Position numbers and translations under genes: made by a program. DNA of 64,000 nucleotides, from the sequence record NC_025447.1; one strand, 5' to 3'. This document shows, one piece after another, positions 9,483 through 17,543 of this stretch. Under the pieces are notes generated by a model, which saw nothing but the letters and a program-made list of their open reading frames with translations, did not search any database and was not told the origin of the DNA. Every line of letters starts with the position of its first letter. Position 1 is the first letter of the stretch.

Positions 9483-9657
9483 AGAATACTATATCTCTAA
9501 ACTACCCGTGCAGCAAAAATACTTTGCTGCATACAAAGTTCTTCTCATAACTCGTGCCGCTCGATCTAACTACATGAATAGCGTAAAACGTGCTATAGAA
9601 AATGATGACGCAATGAACCAGTACTATAACATTTTACTACTAATATATAAGTACTAA
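9475..9657 (+). CDS. Small hypothetical protein, family A
   Basis: Start corrected; MYKEYY...YYNILLLIYKY. Confidence 0.8.
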   Translation: MYKEYYISKLPVQQKYFAAYKVLLITRAARSNYMNSVKRAIENDDAMNQYYNILLLIYKY

Positions 9658-9667
9658 AGAGAACAAC

Positions 9668-9850
9668 ATGCACAAAGAATACTACAGGGATAAAATACCT
9701 ATGCATCTCCAGCACCATATACCAACAGAACCAATAGGAATAAAAGATCACGCAAAGATAATGTTCCAACAATGTACTAAGTACACGCTCATATACGATG
9801 ATAATCCATATATGCTGTACTACGTAGTAATGCTAACATTCAGGTACTAA
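9668..9850 (+). CDS. Small hypothetical protein, family A
   Basis: MHKEYY...FQQCT...LTFRY. Confidence 0.8.
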   Translation: MHKEYYRDKIPMHLQHHIPTEPIGIKDHAKIMFQQCTKYTLIYDDNPYMLYYVVMLTFRY

Positions 9851-9851
9851 T

Positions 9852-10043
9852 ATGAATAACCACAAAGAATACTACATAGAGAAACTCCCAATGTATCTCC
9901 AACACCTTGTACCAACAGAACCATTGGGTATAGAAAAAAACTACGAAAAAGACTACTTCATTCAGTGCACTAAATCCTCGATATATATTGAAGACTATAA
10001 TCGAGTACTGTATCACATCCTTTTACTAATATATAAGTACTAA
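9852..10043 (+). CDS. Small hypothetical protein, family A
   Basis: HKEYY...FIQCT...LLLIYKY. Confidence 0.8.
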   Translation: MNNHKEYYIEKLPMYLQHLVPTEPLGIEKNYEKDYFIQCTKSSIYIEDYNRVLYHILLLIYKY

Positions 10044-10044
10044 T

Positions 10045-10227
10045 ATGCACAAAGAATACTACACACAATTTCTCCCCAGCATTTTTGAACACTACGCCAG
10101 ATATAAAGTCCCTCTGGATAACGATTTGGCAGTACTGGGATTCAATAACTGCATAGAACGAAGTATAGAAAATAGTAGTAGTTATGACCAGCTATATAAC
10201 ACTATCCTACTTATATTCAGGTACTAA
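10045..10227 (+). CDS. Small hypothetical protein, family A
   Basis: MHKEYY...FNNCI...LLIFRY. Confidence 0.8.
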   Translation: MHKEYYTQFLPSIFEHYARYKVPLDNDLAVLGFNNCIERSIENSSSYDQLYNTILLIFRY

Positions 10228-10228
10228 C

Positions 10229-10417
10229 ATGCATAAAGAATACTACACAAAATATTTCCCAATGTACCTCAGAACTAATCTATTAGATAAACCTCGCGGT
10301 ATCAATGCACAAAATGATAAAGTGTATTTTACTATGTGCACTAAAGCATGTATACTAGATTTTGACAGCTACCATCGAGTACTGTATCATACCCTGTACC
10401 TAGCTTTCGTATTCTAA
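10229..10417 (+). CDS. Small hypothetical protein, family A
   Basis: Start corrected; MHKEYY...FTMCT; close to 9852-10043. Confidence 0.8.
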   Translation: MHKEYYTKYFPMYLRTNLLDKPRGINAQNDKVYFTMCTKACILDFDSYHRVLYHTLYLAFVF

Positions 10418-10426
10418 GAGAACAAT

Positions 10427-10612
10427 ATGCATAAAGAATTCTACTTAAGCCATCTGGATCTAAACTCCCAAATGCTTATACCACTAATCCCAATAGATAT
10501 CAAGGATAAGAAAAATACCGAACAATTCATTTACCATACACAGTGTGCGATCACCCCAAATTACATTCCATATGAATTGTACTACATTCTCGCCCTAATA
10601 TATAGGTACTAA
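10427..10612 (+). CDS. Small hypothetical protein, family A
   Basis: MHKEFY...LALIYRY. Confidence 0.8.
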   Translation: MHKEFYLSHLDLNSQMLIPLIPIDIKDKKNTEQFIYHTQCAITPNYIPYELYYILALIYRY

Positions 10613-10613
10613 T

Positions 10614-10799
10614 ATGCATAGAGAATACTACACACAATTTGTTAAAGGGAACTACAAACATGCCGTACCCAGAACCCCTTTAAATTCTCATGACCCAAGT
10701 ACTATATTCTTGTTTAATGACGCAATACGTACAGTACTCAATACTAAAGATGAAGATGTGCAGTACGTATTCTTACTATTACTTATATACAGACACTAA
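10614..10799 (+). CDS. Small hypothetical protein, family A
   Basis: MHREYY...LLLIYRH. Confidence 0.8.
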   Translation: MHREYYTQFVKGNYKHAVPRTPLNSHDPSTIFLFNDAIRTVLNTKDEDVQYVFLLLLIYRH

Positions 10800-10804
10800 C
10801 TAAT

Positions 10805-10987
10805 ATGAATAAAGAACATAAAGAATTCTATATAAGAAAACTAACATTCGTCCCCGTAAGAATATATAAAGAATGCGACCCAAGATTATACCTATGGCAC
10901 TTCAATGAGTGCATAAAAGATTCTATATACCCTAAGAACTATAAAGAACAATTGTGCTCAGTACTAACACTAGTACTATCATATTAA
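10805..10987 (+). CDS. Small hypothetical protein, family A
   Basis: HKEFY...FNECI...LVLSY. Confidence 0.8.
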   Translation: MNKEHKEFYIRKLTFVPVRIYKECDPRLYLWHFNECIKDSIYPKNYKEQLCSVLTLVLSY

Positions 10988-11002
10988 TTAATAGAGAATA
11001 CT

Positions 11003-11194
11003 ATGTATAAAAACTTCTATATAAGTAAACTAAAAGAAAATGAACAAGTATGGATTAGATCTATAATTCCACTGGCATTTAATAGATATGCATTTAACAG
11101 ATGTACCGAGATTGCTATAGACCCTTATAATATTAAAGAGAATGTACAGTATAATCAGTACTACTATATCTTAATGCTTATATATAGGAAGTAA
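11003..11194 (+). CDS. Small hypothetical protein, family A
   Basis: MYKNFY...FNRCT...LMLIYRK. Confidence 0.8.
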   Translation: MYKNFYISKLKENEQVWIRSIIPLAFNRYAFNRCTEIAIDPYNIKENVQYNQYYYILMLIYRK

Positions 11195-11821
11195 TTAAAC
11201 ACAAGTAGACAGGGGAAGCTCCTAGTGAACAACCTTTATGTACAGGCGAATTGTTAAAATTCAGCCTGGACAAATGCGATCACTAGGATTCTCCCCAGGC
11301 TAAACCCCGTAATCATAGGTAGTCATAAGTAATCATATATAAACATTTAAGTAATCATTTATAATCACTGTAGTGATCAGTAGTGATCAGTAGTGAGTAC
11401 TAGAGTACAGGAATGTTCACGTTTAATCAAGAACGTAGCAGTACTGATATGCCACTAAGTAGGCAGAGGAAGTCTGCCGTACTTTGTAGTTTCCAAGCTC
11501 CTTTTCCATTTTGCAAATTACATCAAATGTAATCAAAAGTAATCACGCAATGATTAGTACTGAATTATTACTTTCACCTTAATTTCAATTACCCCTTTAC
11601 CCTTCGGGGTAAAATTCAATTACCCCTTGAGGCTCCAGCAAAAAGTTGGTTAGTACTCCATCCTAAATCTCGATCCTAAAAATTTTGGAGTACCTATGAA
11701 ATAAAAGTTGGATCTTCGAAAGTTGAAATTTACGTTGGGACATATAGGATTTGTGGGATATAATGAGTTTTGTAGCGATACAGATTATACGATTTCAGTA
11801 CTGAATAATGAAAGAAAGCTA

Positions 11822-11849
11822 TTGACATTATGATTCAGTACTGTATAAT
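11822..11849 (+). promoter_or_regulatory. sigma70-type promoter with no downstream gene
   Basis: TTGACA-16-TATAAT with AGTACTG just before the -10. Confidence 0.75.
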
Positions 11850-12221
11850 GTTCTACATAGAGAGATGAGTTGCTGCGAACAATTCATTTACTCTACCTCC
11901 TGTCGTGAGACAGTACAGAAAAGATAGTTCCTCCTGTGGTGGTACATCTTTTTGAACCTCATATGAAAATCGTAATAACAGTACTGATATTAACAGAATG
12001 GTGTCAGTACTGATTTTAATCTAAAGCATTATGCCACCAGCTTGTGCTGGTGGATTCCCTCTAACAGTATTCAGTACTACATGATAGTCTTCATCCTCCT
12101 ACAGTAACAGTGAGGGCTATTGTGGCAGTACTGAATACTCCCTTTCAAAAGATAGATCTATGGTATAGTACTGACGGATTTTGGGCGTAGTAACCCTAGG
12201 TTGAATTTAGACGTAGAGATG

Positions 12222-12360
12222 TCTAGACCTCCAGATGGCTGGAAGTAAAGATGGCTATCCCTCTAGGCGGCTGGATGGCTAGATTTCTAGATGGCTGTAC
12301 TGCTAGACGTTTGGACGGCTAAACGGCTAGATGGTTACACGTCTGGATGTATAGACGGCT
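12222..12360 (+). repeat. Cluster of about 8-9 degenerate (A/G)GA(T/C)GGCT repeats
   Basis: ccagatggct, aagatggct, taggcggct, ggatggct, ctagatggct, tggacggct, aaacggct, tagatggtt, tagacggct. Confidence 0.7.
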
Positions 12361-12544
12361 AAATCAAAATTTTTATTTTATTTTTTCCAATAGTTCCCCT
12401 ACCGCGTGGGGATGGTTTCCCCGCAGTATCTGGAGTTAGATTTTTCTGAATCTGGAATCATTATCCCCGTTTTCGCCTGGTATGTCAACCGTCTGGATGA
12501 ATAATTTTAAAAAATAATCTAGTACTGAATTTTGGGCGTAACTA

Positions 12545-12614
12545 TGCACCCGGTGGGCTAGAGTCTTTCTCGACTTGATAAAAATATTATAGCAGTACTG
12601 AATTATAAAAGCAA
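12545..12614 (-). ncRNA. Gene-less promoter unit with two-hairpin CCCACNGGGTGC motif (copy a)
   Basis: TTGCTT-17-TATAAT then GTC-GAGAAA-GAC and CTAGCCCACCGGGTGC. Confidence 0.5.
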
Positions 12615-12684
12615 TAGCCTGGATGTAAAAAGTTTTAATTAATTTGCTTGTCATCCTGGGGCGTACTATGGTACTATGATTCAG

Positions 12685-12727
12685 TACTGAGAAAGTGCTA
12701 TGACCTGCTAAGGTGCGGGAGTGTATC
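12685..12727 (+). ncRNA. Degenerate copy of the two-hairpin motif
   Basis: GAGAAA loop then ACCT-GCTA-AGGT-GC-GGGAGTGTATC; probable promoter TTGTCA at 12648. Confidence 0.35.
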
Positions 12728-12760
12728 CTTTTTAAATTTACTGAATTTTGGGCGTAATTC

Positions 12761-12829
12761 CGCACCCCCTGGGGTATCCGCTTTCTCGCGTCTATGTAGT
12801 AATTATACGCTTTTTTAGTACTGAGTCAA
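12761..12829 (-). ncRNA. Gene-less promoter unit with two-hairpin motif (copy b)
   Basis: TTGACT-16-TATAAT then CGC-GAGAAA-GCG and ACCC-CAGG-GGGT-GC. Confidence 0.5.
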
Positions 12830-13160
12830 TAGCTAAAAACAAAATAATTGAAAATAATTTAACGCGTTTAAACGGCCCGTAAAGCCCTGGTTAGCTGGTG
12901 GCGGTGCAAATGTATAGCTTAGGTGTATTAATGCGTTAGAATGCGATTGAGGACGTTTTACGGGGTATAGTACTGATTCAGTACTGAATAGTAGTACTGA
13001 AAGATTGTTCTCCCTGGATTGTTCCAGTACTCCTATATAGAAAGAAAACTATTTTAAAAGTATTTGTAGAAAGTACTTGCAAAGTATTGGGAAAGGTGTA
13101 GAATGTTTTACATCGAGACGGGGGAAACGCTCCCGTTGCACTTTAAAAGAGATTAAAACG

Positions 13161-13523
13161 ATGGCGACTCAAATCAATACTATCATGCTTAACCTGGTTT
13201 CTTTCCGTGAAGAGATGAAAGATCTTCCCGCTGAGACTGTACGGATTCACATTGCAGCTTATCGGGAATTGATTGCAATGCTGCCGCTTAAGCGTGAACA
13301 GTATGCCGCTACTGCTATGCTCGATGCAATGATCCATAAGATGATCCAGACTGATTTAACGATGGCTTATCAGTACATGGGCGAAATGTTTGCAGTGTAT
13401 AGCAAGCCAGTACCAGGAATGGAAAGTACAGAAGTATTGCACGGCTTAAACTTAAAACAAGATGCATGGGATAATATGCCTCGTTTCCTGGTATGGGCTG
13501 ACAGTGGCAAGATTTACGAATAA
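13161..13523 (+). CDS. Early hypothetical protein
   Basis: Start corrected to MATQIN; own promoter cassette. Confidence 0.75.
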   Translation: MATQINTIMLNLVSFREEMKDLPAETVRIHIAAYRELIAMLPLKREQYAATAMLDAMIHKMIQTDLTMAYQYMGEMFAVYSKPVPGMESTEVLHGLNLKQDAWDNMPRFLVWADSGKIYE

Positions 13524-13617
13524 GTTTAATAAAGTACTTGCAAACTAAGTTTAAAAGCGTATAATGTTTTATATCAGGTGGGGAATAGTTCCCCACTATA
13601 ATAAAGAGGATTTAAAA

Positions 13618-13857
13618 ATGGCTAAATCAAAAATGTTCTTAGGACACAAAAACAAAACTCATTGGAATGTTTCCTTATGGATTAATAATGACGAATCATT
13701 ATACCGGTTGGCCCAGGACTTTATTGCCGCTAACACTAATCGTAATGATGCGGCCCGTCATATGATGCTATTTTTAGAACAGACTGGACAAGATAAAACT
13801 CCAGACGGCTTTAAGTATAGCACTACTGCGATCCGTGCGGCGATGGTTGGAATGTAA
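13618..13857 (+). CDS. Early hypothetical protein
   Basis: Start corrected to MAKSK after GAGGA; own cassette. Confidence 0.75.
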   Translation: MAKSKMFLGHKNKTHWNVSLWINNDESLYRLAQDFIAANTNRNDAARHMMLFLEQTGQDKTPDGFKYSTTAIRAAMVGM

Positions 13858-13940
13858 GAGAATAGATTAAAAGTACTATTGCACGGTGATAGTACTTTAT
13901 AATAAAGTTCTTTTTGTACAACAACGATAGGGGTAACAGC

Positions 13941-14207
13941 ATGACTATTACATATTTTGCAACGCGTGAACTTGCTCGGATTGCCGCACGCCAGGACGGG
14001 GCGACGTTTAAAGATATGGGCGTACAATCTGAACGTGGTAAACGTTGGGCCGTAGTAAAGCAAAGTACAGCCCGATCAATTCAGTACTGGCGAGCGGCTT
14101 TAAAGCGTCCTGATAGTGTATCGCGTCGCGTGGTAGAAATAAAGCACGACCGCAAGGGCAATCGCGTTACCGTGTACCGTACTAAAAAGATTGCAGTACT
14201 TGAATAA
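13941..14207 (+). CDS. Early hypothetical basic protein, paralog of 25998-26393
   Basis: FATRE..R..AR..G.TFKDMG....G.RWAV and HDRKGNRVTVY shared. Confidence 0.8.
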   Translation: MTITYFATRELARIAARQDGATFKDMGVQSERGKRWAVVKQSTARSIQYWRAALKRPDSVSRRVVEIKHDRKGNRVTVYRTKKIAVLE

Positions 14208-14294
14208 AAAGTACTTGCAAACTATGTTTAATGGCGTATAATGTTTTACATCGAGAGCGGGAACACTTCCCGCCTATAACCTGGAGTAATAAAA

Positions 14295-14525
14295 ATGACT
14301 AATATGTATATGACTGAAGTTAAAACCGTAAAAGATACTACCACGAATAAAACTACTTACTTACAGCGGATCTGCGGTGTATGGCAACGTATCAGCAAAT
14401 CAAAGTACTTTAAATTAACATCATATGCCAATCGTTCGGATTCATTCAGTACTGAAATAAAAGGTAATAAAGTACACCAATACGGCACTTATTATTATTA
14501 TAGCCTGGACGCGATTGCAGTATAA
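14295..14525 (+). CDS. Early hypothetical protein
   Basis: GGAG RBS, own cassette. Confidence 0.7.
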   Translation: MTNMYMTEVKTVKDTTTNKTTYLQRICGVWQRISKSKYFKLTSYANRSDSFSTEIKGNKVHQYGTYYYYSLDAIAV

Positions 14526-14555
14526 GTAGTTTACAAATCTTTACAATTGCCAGTA

Positions 14556-14635
14556 TTGACTTATTTTGTCAGTACTGGCATAATGTATCTATTGAAACGA
14601 ACAATTTGGCCCACGGGGTGCGGGAGTGTATCTAT
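14556..14635 (+). ncRNA. Gene-less promoter unit with two-hairpin motif (copy c)
   Basis: TTGACT-17-CATAAT then ATTG-AAACGAA-CAAT and GGCCCACGGGGTGCGGGAGTGTATCTAT. Confidence 0.5.
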
Positions 14636-14665
14636 AGAAAAAGTAGTTTATTACAGTTACAATTG

Positions 14666-14728
14666 TGCACCCGGTGGGTTAGCTGTTGTCATGGGGTATA
14701 TTATGCCAGTACTTGATAATGCTGTCAA
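14666..14728 (-). ncRNA. Gene-less promoter unit with motif (copy d), convergent with copy c
   Basis: TTGACA-17-CATAAT then CTAACCCACCGGGTGC. Confidence 0.5.
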
Positions 14729-14810
14729 TACTTTTTTTTTACTATTCAGTACTGAAAACTATTTTTAAAAAGTACTTGCAAACTATGTTTAAAGGCGTAT
14801 AATGTTTTAC

Positions 14811-14885
14811 ATCAGGACGGGGAATGAAATAAGTAACTCCCTGTTAAGTAGTCCAGGAGTAAGACATACGAAAACCTCCCCTGAT
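14811..14885 (+). ncRNA. Candidate three-way-junction RNA between tandem promoters (copy 1)
   Basis: ATCAGG/CCTGAT, ACGGGGA/TCCCTGT and GGAG/CTCC stems; near-identical copy at 24783-24855. Confidence 0.5.
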
Positions 14886-14953
14886 AAAATAGTTTGACAA
14901 AGATTTATAAAAGCGTATAATACTTACATCAACTACTGAATGAGGGTTACAAA

Positions 14954-15565
14954 ATGAAAACTATCACTACTACTACTTTCGTTATGGCTTTTTCTGAACT
15001 GAACGCAGAACAACAAACGGCGGCTATCGAACTGGTTCGGGATCGGGAACGTGCAAGTGAGGATAATTTCTTTGCTGAGTCAGTACTGGAATACTATAAA
15101 GAAACAGTACTACCAGAATACGGCATAGATGAAGCTGAATTGCAATACAGTGGTTTTTGGTCGCAAGGTGACGGTGCATCAATCAGTACTGACCACGTTG
15201 ACGCTGAGAAGTTTTTACGCAAGGTTAAGGCGTTAACGAAATATCGTTCCATCCGTCACCTGTTGAACGAAGATGATTTGGAAATGAGTGTAGAACGTTC
15301 CCAATCGCGTTATGCACACGAAAACACGGTAGGCGGTTGCGTTGATACTCGCTACACTGATTTAACTGTAAAACAGGCGGCGTTAGCTGAGGAACTGGAA
15401 AATTTACTGACTGACACGATCCGAGAATTATCTTGTAAGCTGTACCGTGATTTAGAAAATGCTTATGAAGACCAGTTTACTACTGAAAACATTGTAGGAC
15501 TGATTGAGGGTAACGAATATCAATTTAATGTTATCGATGGTGTAGTAGAATCTATCGCATATTAA
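14954..15565 (+). CDS. Early hypothetical acidic protein (YSGFWSQGDGA motif)
   Basis: 203 aa ORF, GAGG RBS, own promoter. Confidence 0.8.
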   Translation: MKTITTTTFVMAFSELNAEQQTAAIELVRDRERASEDNFFAESVLEYYKETVLPEYGIDEAELQYSGFWSQGDGASISTDHVDAEKFLRKVKALTKYRSIRHLLNEDDLEMSVERSQSRYAHENTVGGCVDTRYTDLTVKQAALAEELENLLTDTIRELSCKLYRDLENAYEDQFTTENIVGLIEGNEYQFNVIDGVVESIAY

Positions 15566-15623
15566 TTCAGTACTGAATCACTGGCGGGGAATGGTTCCCG
15601 CCTATATCCCAGGAGTAAGAGAA

Positions 15624-15860
15624 ATGATCGAACAAATCAAAACTACAACGCCAAACGTAACGGGTACAGTATCACACTTCATTGGTGACGATTCGCGGGG
15701 CGTTCCTTATTGTGCAGTACATGTAAACAAAAATGGCGACTACTGGCTAACGGTTTACGGTTCTTATTCTTTCGGGCGTAGTGCACACCAAAAGATCCTG
15801 GATAAAGTACAACCAACGGGTAAAAATATCACCGCTGAGATGTTTTATAAAAAGCACTAA
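15624..15860 (+). CDS. Early hypothetical protein
   Basis: Start corrected to MIEQIK after AGGAG. Confidence 0.7.
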   Translation: MIEQIKTTTPNVTGTVSHFIGDDSRGVPYCAVHVNKNGDYWLTVYGSYSFGRSAHQKILDKVQPTGKNITAEMFYKKH

Positions 15861-15945
15861 AAAGTACTTGCAAAGTAATTAGATTAACGTATAATACTTT
15901 ATATCGAGAGCGGGAATAGTTCCCGCCTTTACTGAGGATTATCTA

Positions 15946-16230
15946 ATGGGTAAAGTAATTAACTATACAGTACTAAGCAAGTCATTATCTATTAGCCAGT
16001 GCACCGATGGTTTTTGGCTGTACGATGAAACGCGTGGCATGAATTTAGCTATGCAGGAGAAAACTACTGATGCGGCATATCTTAAAGCACTGGAATACTA
16101 CCAGAAGCGTTTAAAGGAAGTAGAAAACGATTATAATAACCTGAAAGCGAAAGTAGATCATTTCGTCGGTCAATTCATTGACGATGACGAGGACGGGCAC
16201 TACTGCGACCGTTGCGGATCTTACAATTGA
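15946..16230 (+). CDS. Early hypothetical protein with C-terminal CxxC
   Basis: GAGGA RBS; HYCDRCG end. Confidence 0.75.
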   Translation: MGKVINYTVLSKSLSISQCTDGFWLYDETRGMNLAMQEKTTDAAYLKALEYYQKRLKEVENDYNNLKAKVDHFVGQFIDDDEDGHYCDRCGSYN

Positions 16231-16247
16231 GTACTGAGGATTATCTA

Positions 16248-16451
16248 ATGAGTGATTTAATTAAACGTATCAAAGAGCTTGAAGAAAAAGAATTGCAGTT
16301 GATCGGGTTACGGAATAAAGTATTCCATGATTTAGGTGGCTTCATTAATGCCTGGGATAGTGGCGATCCTGATGCGTTACCTGCTAACCGCCAGGCGATG
16401 ATCAATGATGTGCGTGGTGTCTTTGATTATGTTTTAAAGCAATTAAATTAA
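16248..16451 (+). CDS. Early hypothetical protein
   Basis: Start corrected to MSDLIK; same ACTGAGGATTATCTAATG start context as 15946. Confidence 0.75.
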   Translation: MSDLIKRIKELEEKELQLIGLRNKVFHDLGGFINAWDSGDPDALPANRQAMINDVRGVFDYVLKQLN

Positions 16452-16537
16452 AAAAGTACTTGCAATTAGTTTTCAGTACTGTATAATAGTTTACATCAAG
16501 GGGGAAATGGTTCTCCCCACTAATAAGGAGTTTTACA

Positions 16538-16759
16538 ATGGCTAATATCACTACTCTTTCCCAGCTTGAAGCACTGGTTAAATCTATGCGGGAACATGCC
16601 GACAATATCGGCGTAGAAGATCCGGCTGTATGTTTTTGCGACGAAATAAATGATGATACGCTCGTCATTGCAGAAGTACAAGACGTTTCTAACTATTCAT
16701 CGCGTTACACTGGCGGCGTAGCAAAGAAAGGTGATTTTTGTTTATATCTTACTAAGTAA
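16538..16759 (+). CDS. Early hypothetical protein
   Basis: TAAGGAG RBS, own cassette. Confidence 0.75.
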   Translation: MANITTLSQLEALVKSMREHADNIGVEDPAVCFCDEINDDTLVIAEVQDVSNYSSRYTGGVAKKGDFCLYLTK

Positions 16760-16766
16760 TAACCAG

Positions 16767-16792
16767 GGGGATCAAACGATCCCCTTTATTTT
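16767..16792 (+). terminator. Intrinsic terminator
   Basis: GGGGATC-AAAC-GATCCCC-TTTATTTT. Confidence 0.75.
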
Positions 16793-16823
16793 GCAGTACT
16801 GAATCATTTAATAGACGGATCTA

Positions 16824-16893
16824 TGCACCCTGTGGGTTAGTGACTATCTCGTCTTTATGTAGGTATTATGCCAGTACTGGATGCAGTTGTCAA
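16824..16893 (-). ncRNA. Gene-less promoter unit with two-hairpin motif (copy e)
   Basis: TTGACA-17-CATAAT then GAC-GAGATA-GTC-ACTAACCCACAGGGTGC. Confidence 0.5.
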
Positions 16894-17005
16894 GACTTTT
16901 TTTTCAAATACTTTTATATTAAAGTACTTGATAATAGTTTTTAAACGCGTATAATGTTTTACATCTAATCGGGAATACTCCCTAGTACTAACAAAGGATA
17001 TACAA

Positions 17006-17305
17006 ATGAAAACTGCAATCATCGCCCTGGCTTTATCTGTTTCCTCTTTCGCTGTTAACGCTTCCGTTGATGTACAGAAAGAAAAATTCATTCAGTGCAC
17101 TGTTGCAATGACTAACGAGGAAACGGCTGAGATCGTTACCAAATCCCTGGAACTGGCCCCTGCAATGTTTGCTAATGGCCCGTACCATGAAGAAGATGAT
17201 CAGGGTAGCACGACCATCTATTACGATGCAAAAAGTAAACGCGGTTCTGTCACTGTAATGGATACAGAGAAAGTTACATTCACTGGCGTAATTAATTGTT
17301 TATAA
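17006..17305 (+). CDS. Early protein with Sec signal peptide
   Basis: MKTAIIALALSVSSFAVNA cleavage-like N-terminus; AAGGA RBS. Confidence 0.75.
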   Translation: MKTAIIALALSVSSFAVNASVDVQKEKFIQCTVAMTNEETAEIVTKSLELAPAMFANGPYHEEDDQGSTTIYYDAKSKRGSVTVMDTEKVTFTGVINCL

Positions 17306-17322
17306 TATAGTACTGAATCACT

Positions 17323-17350
17323 AGCCCACTATAAGGAGTGGGCTTTTTTT
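17323..17350 (+). terminator. Intrinsic terminator
   Basis: AGCCCAC-loop-GTGGGCT-TTTTTT. Confidence 0.85.
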
Positions 17351-17543
17351 ATTGTAGGATTGTAGTACTGGTATACTTTGAAAATAGTTTTAAAAAAGTA
17401 GTTGACATTACCAGGGAAAAGCGTAGAATGTATTACATCAAGACGGGGAACATTAAGTAGACCGCCAGTAAGTCGAATGAAAAACTGGACACGTCAAACA
17501 AACTTTGATAAACTAACTTAAACTTTAATTGAGGATTTATAAA

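Larger units (their letters stand above)
11195..13076. other. Long non-coding region; candidate replication origin or genome-terminus region
   Basis: No credible gene; TAGTGATCAG tandem (11371-11395), TTCAATTACCCCTT direct repeats flanking a C-TTCG-G hairpin (11584-11628), RGAYGGCT cluster, C-rich to G-rich skew change near 11.65-11.7 kb. Confidence 0.55.

Noticed and set aside
11856-12060. tRNA genes
   Set aside because: Hairpins do not form a cloverleaf; no TTCRA T-loop in the correct position and no CCA end
12436-12765. 109 aa minus-strand ORF
   Set aside because: TTG start, no RBS, overlaps several promoters and repeat motifs; probably spurious
14811-14885. Hammerhead ribozyme (contains CTGAT and CGAAA)
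   Set aside because: Core reads CTGATAA rather than CUGANGA, and motif order and stems do not fit hammerhead topology
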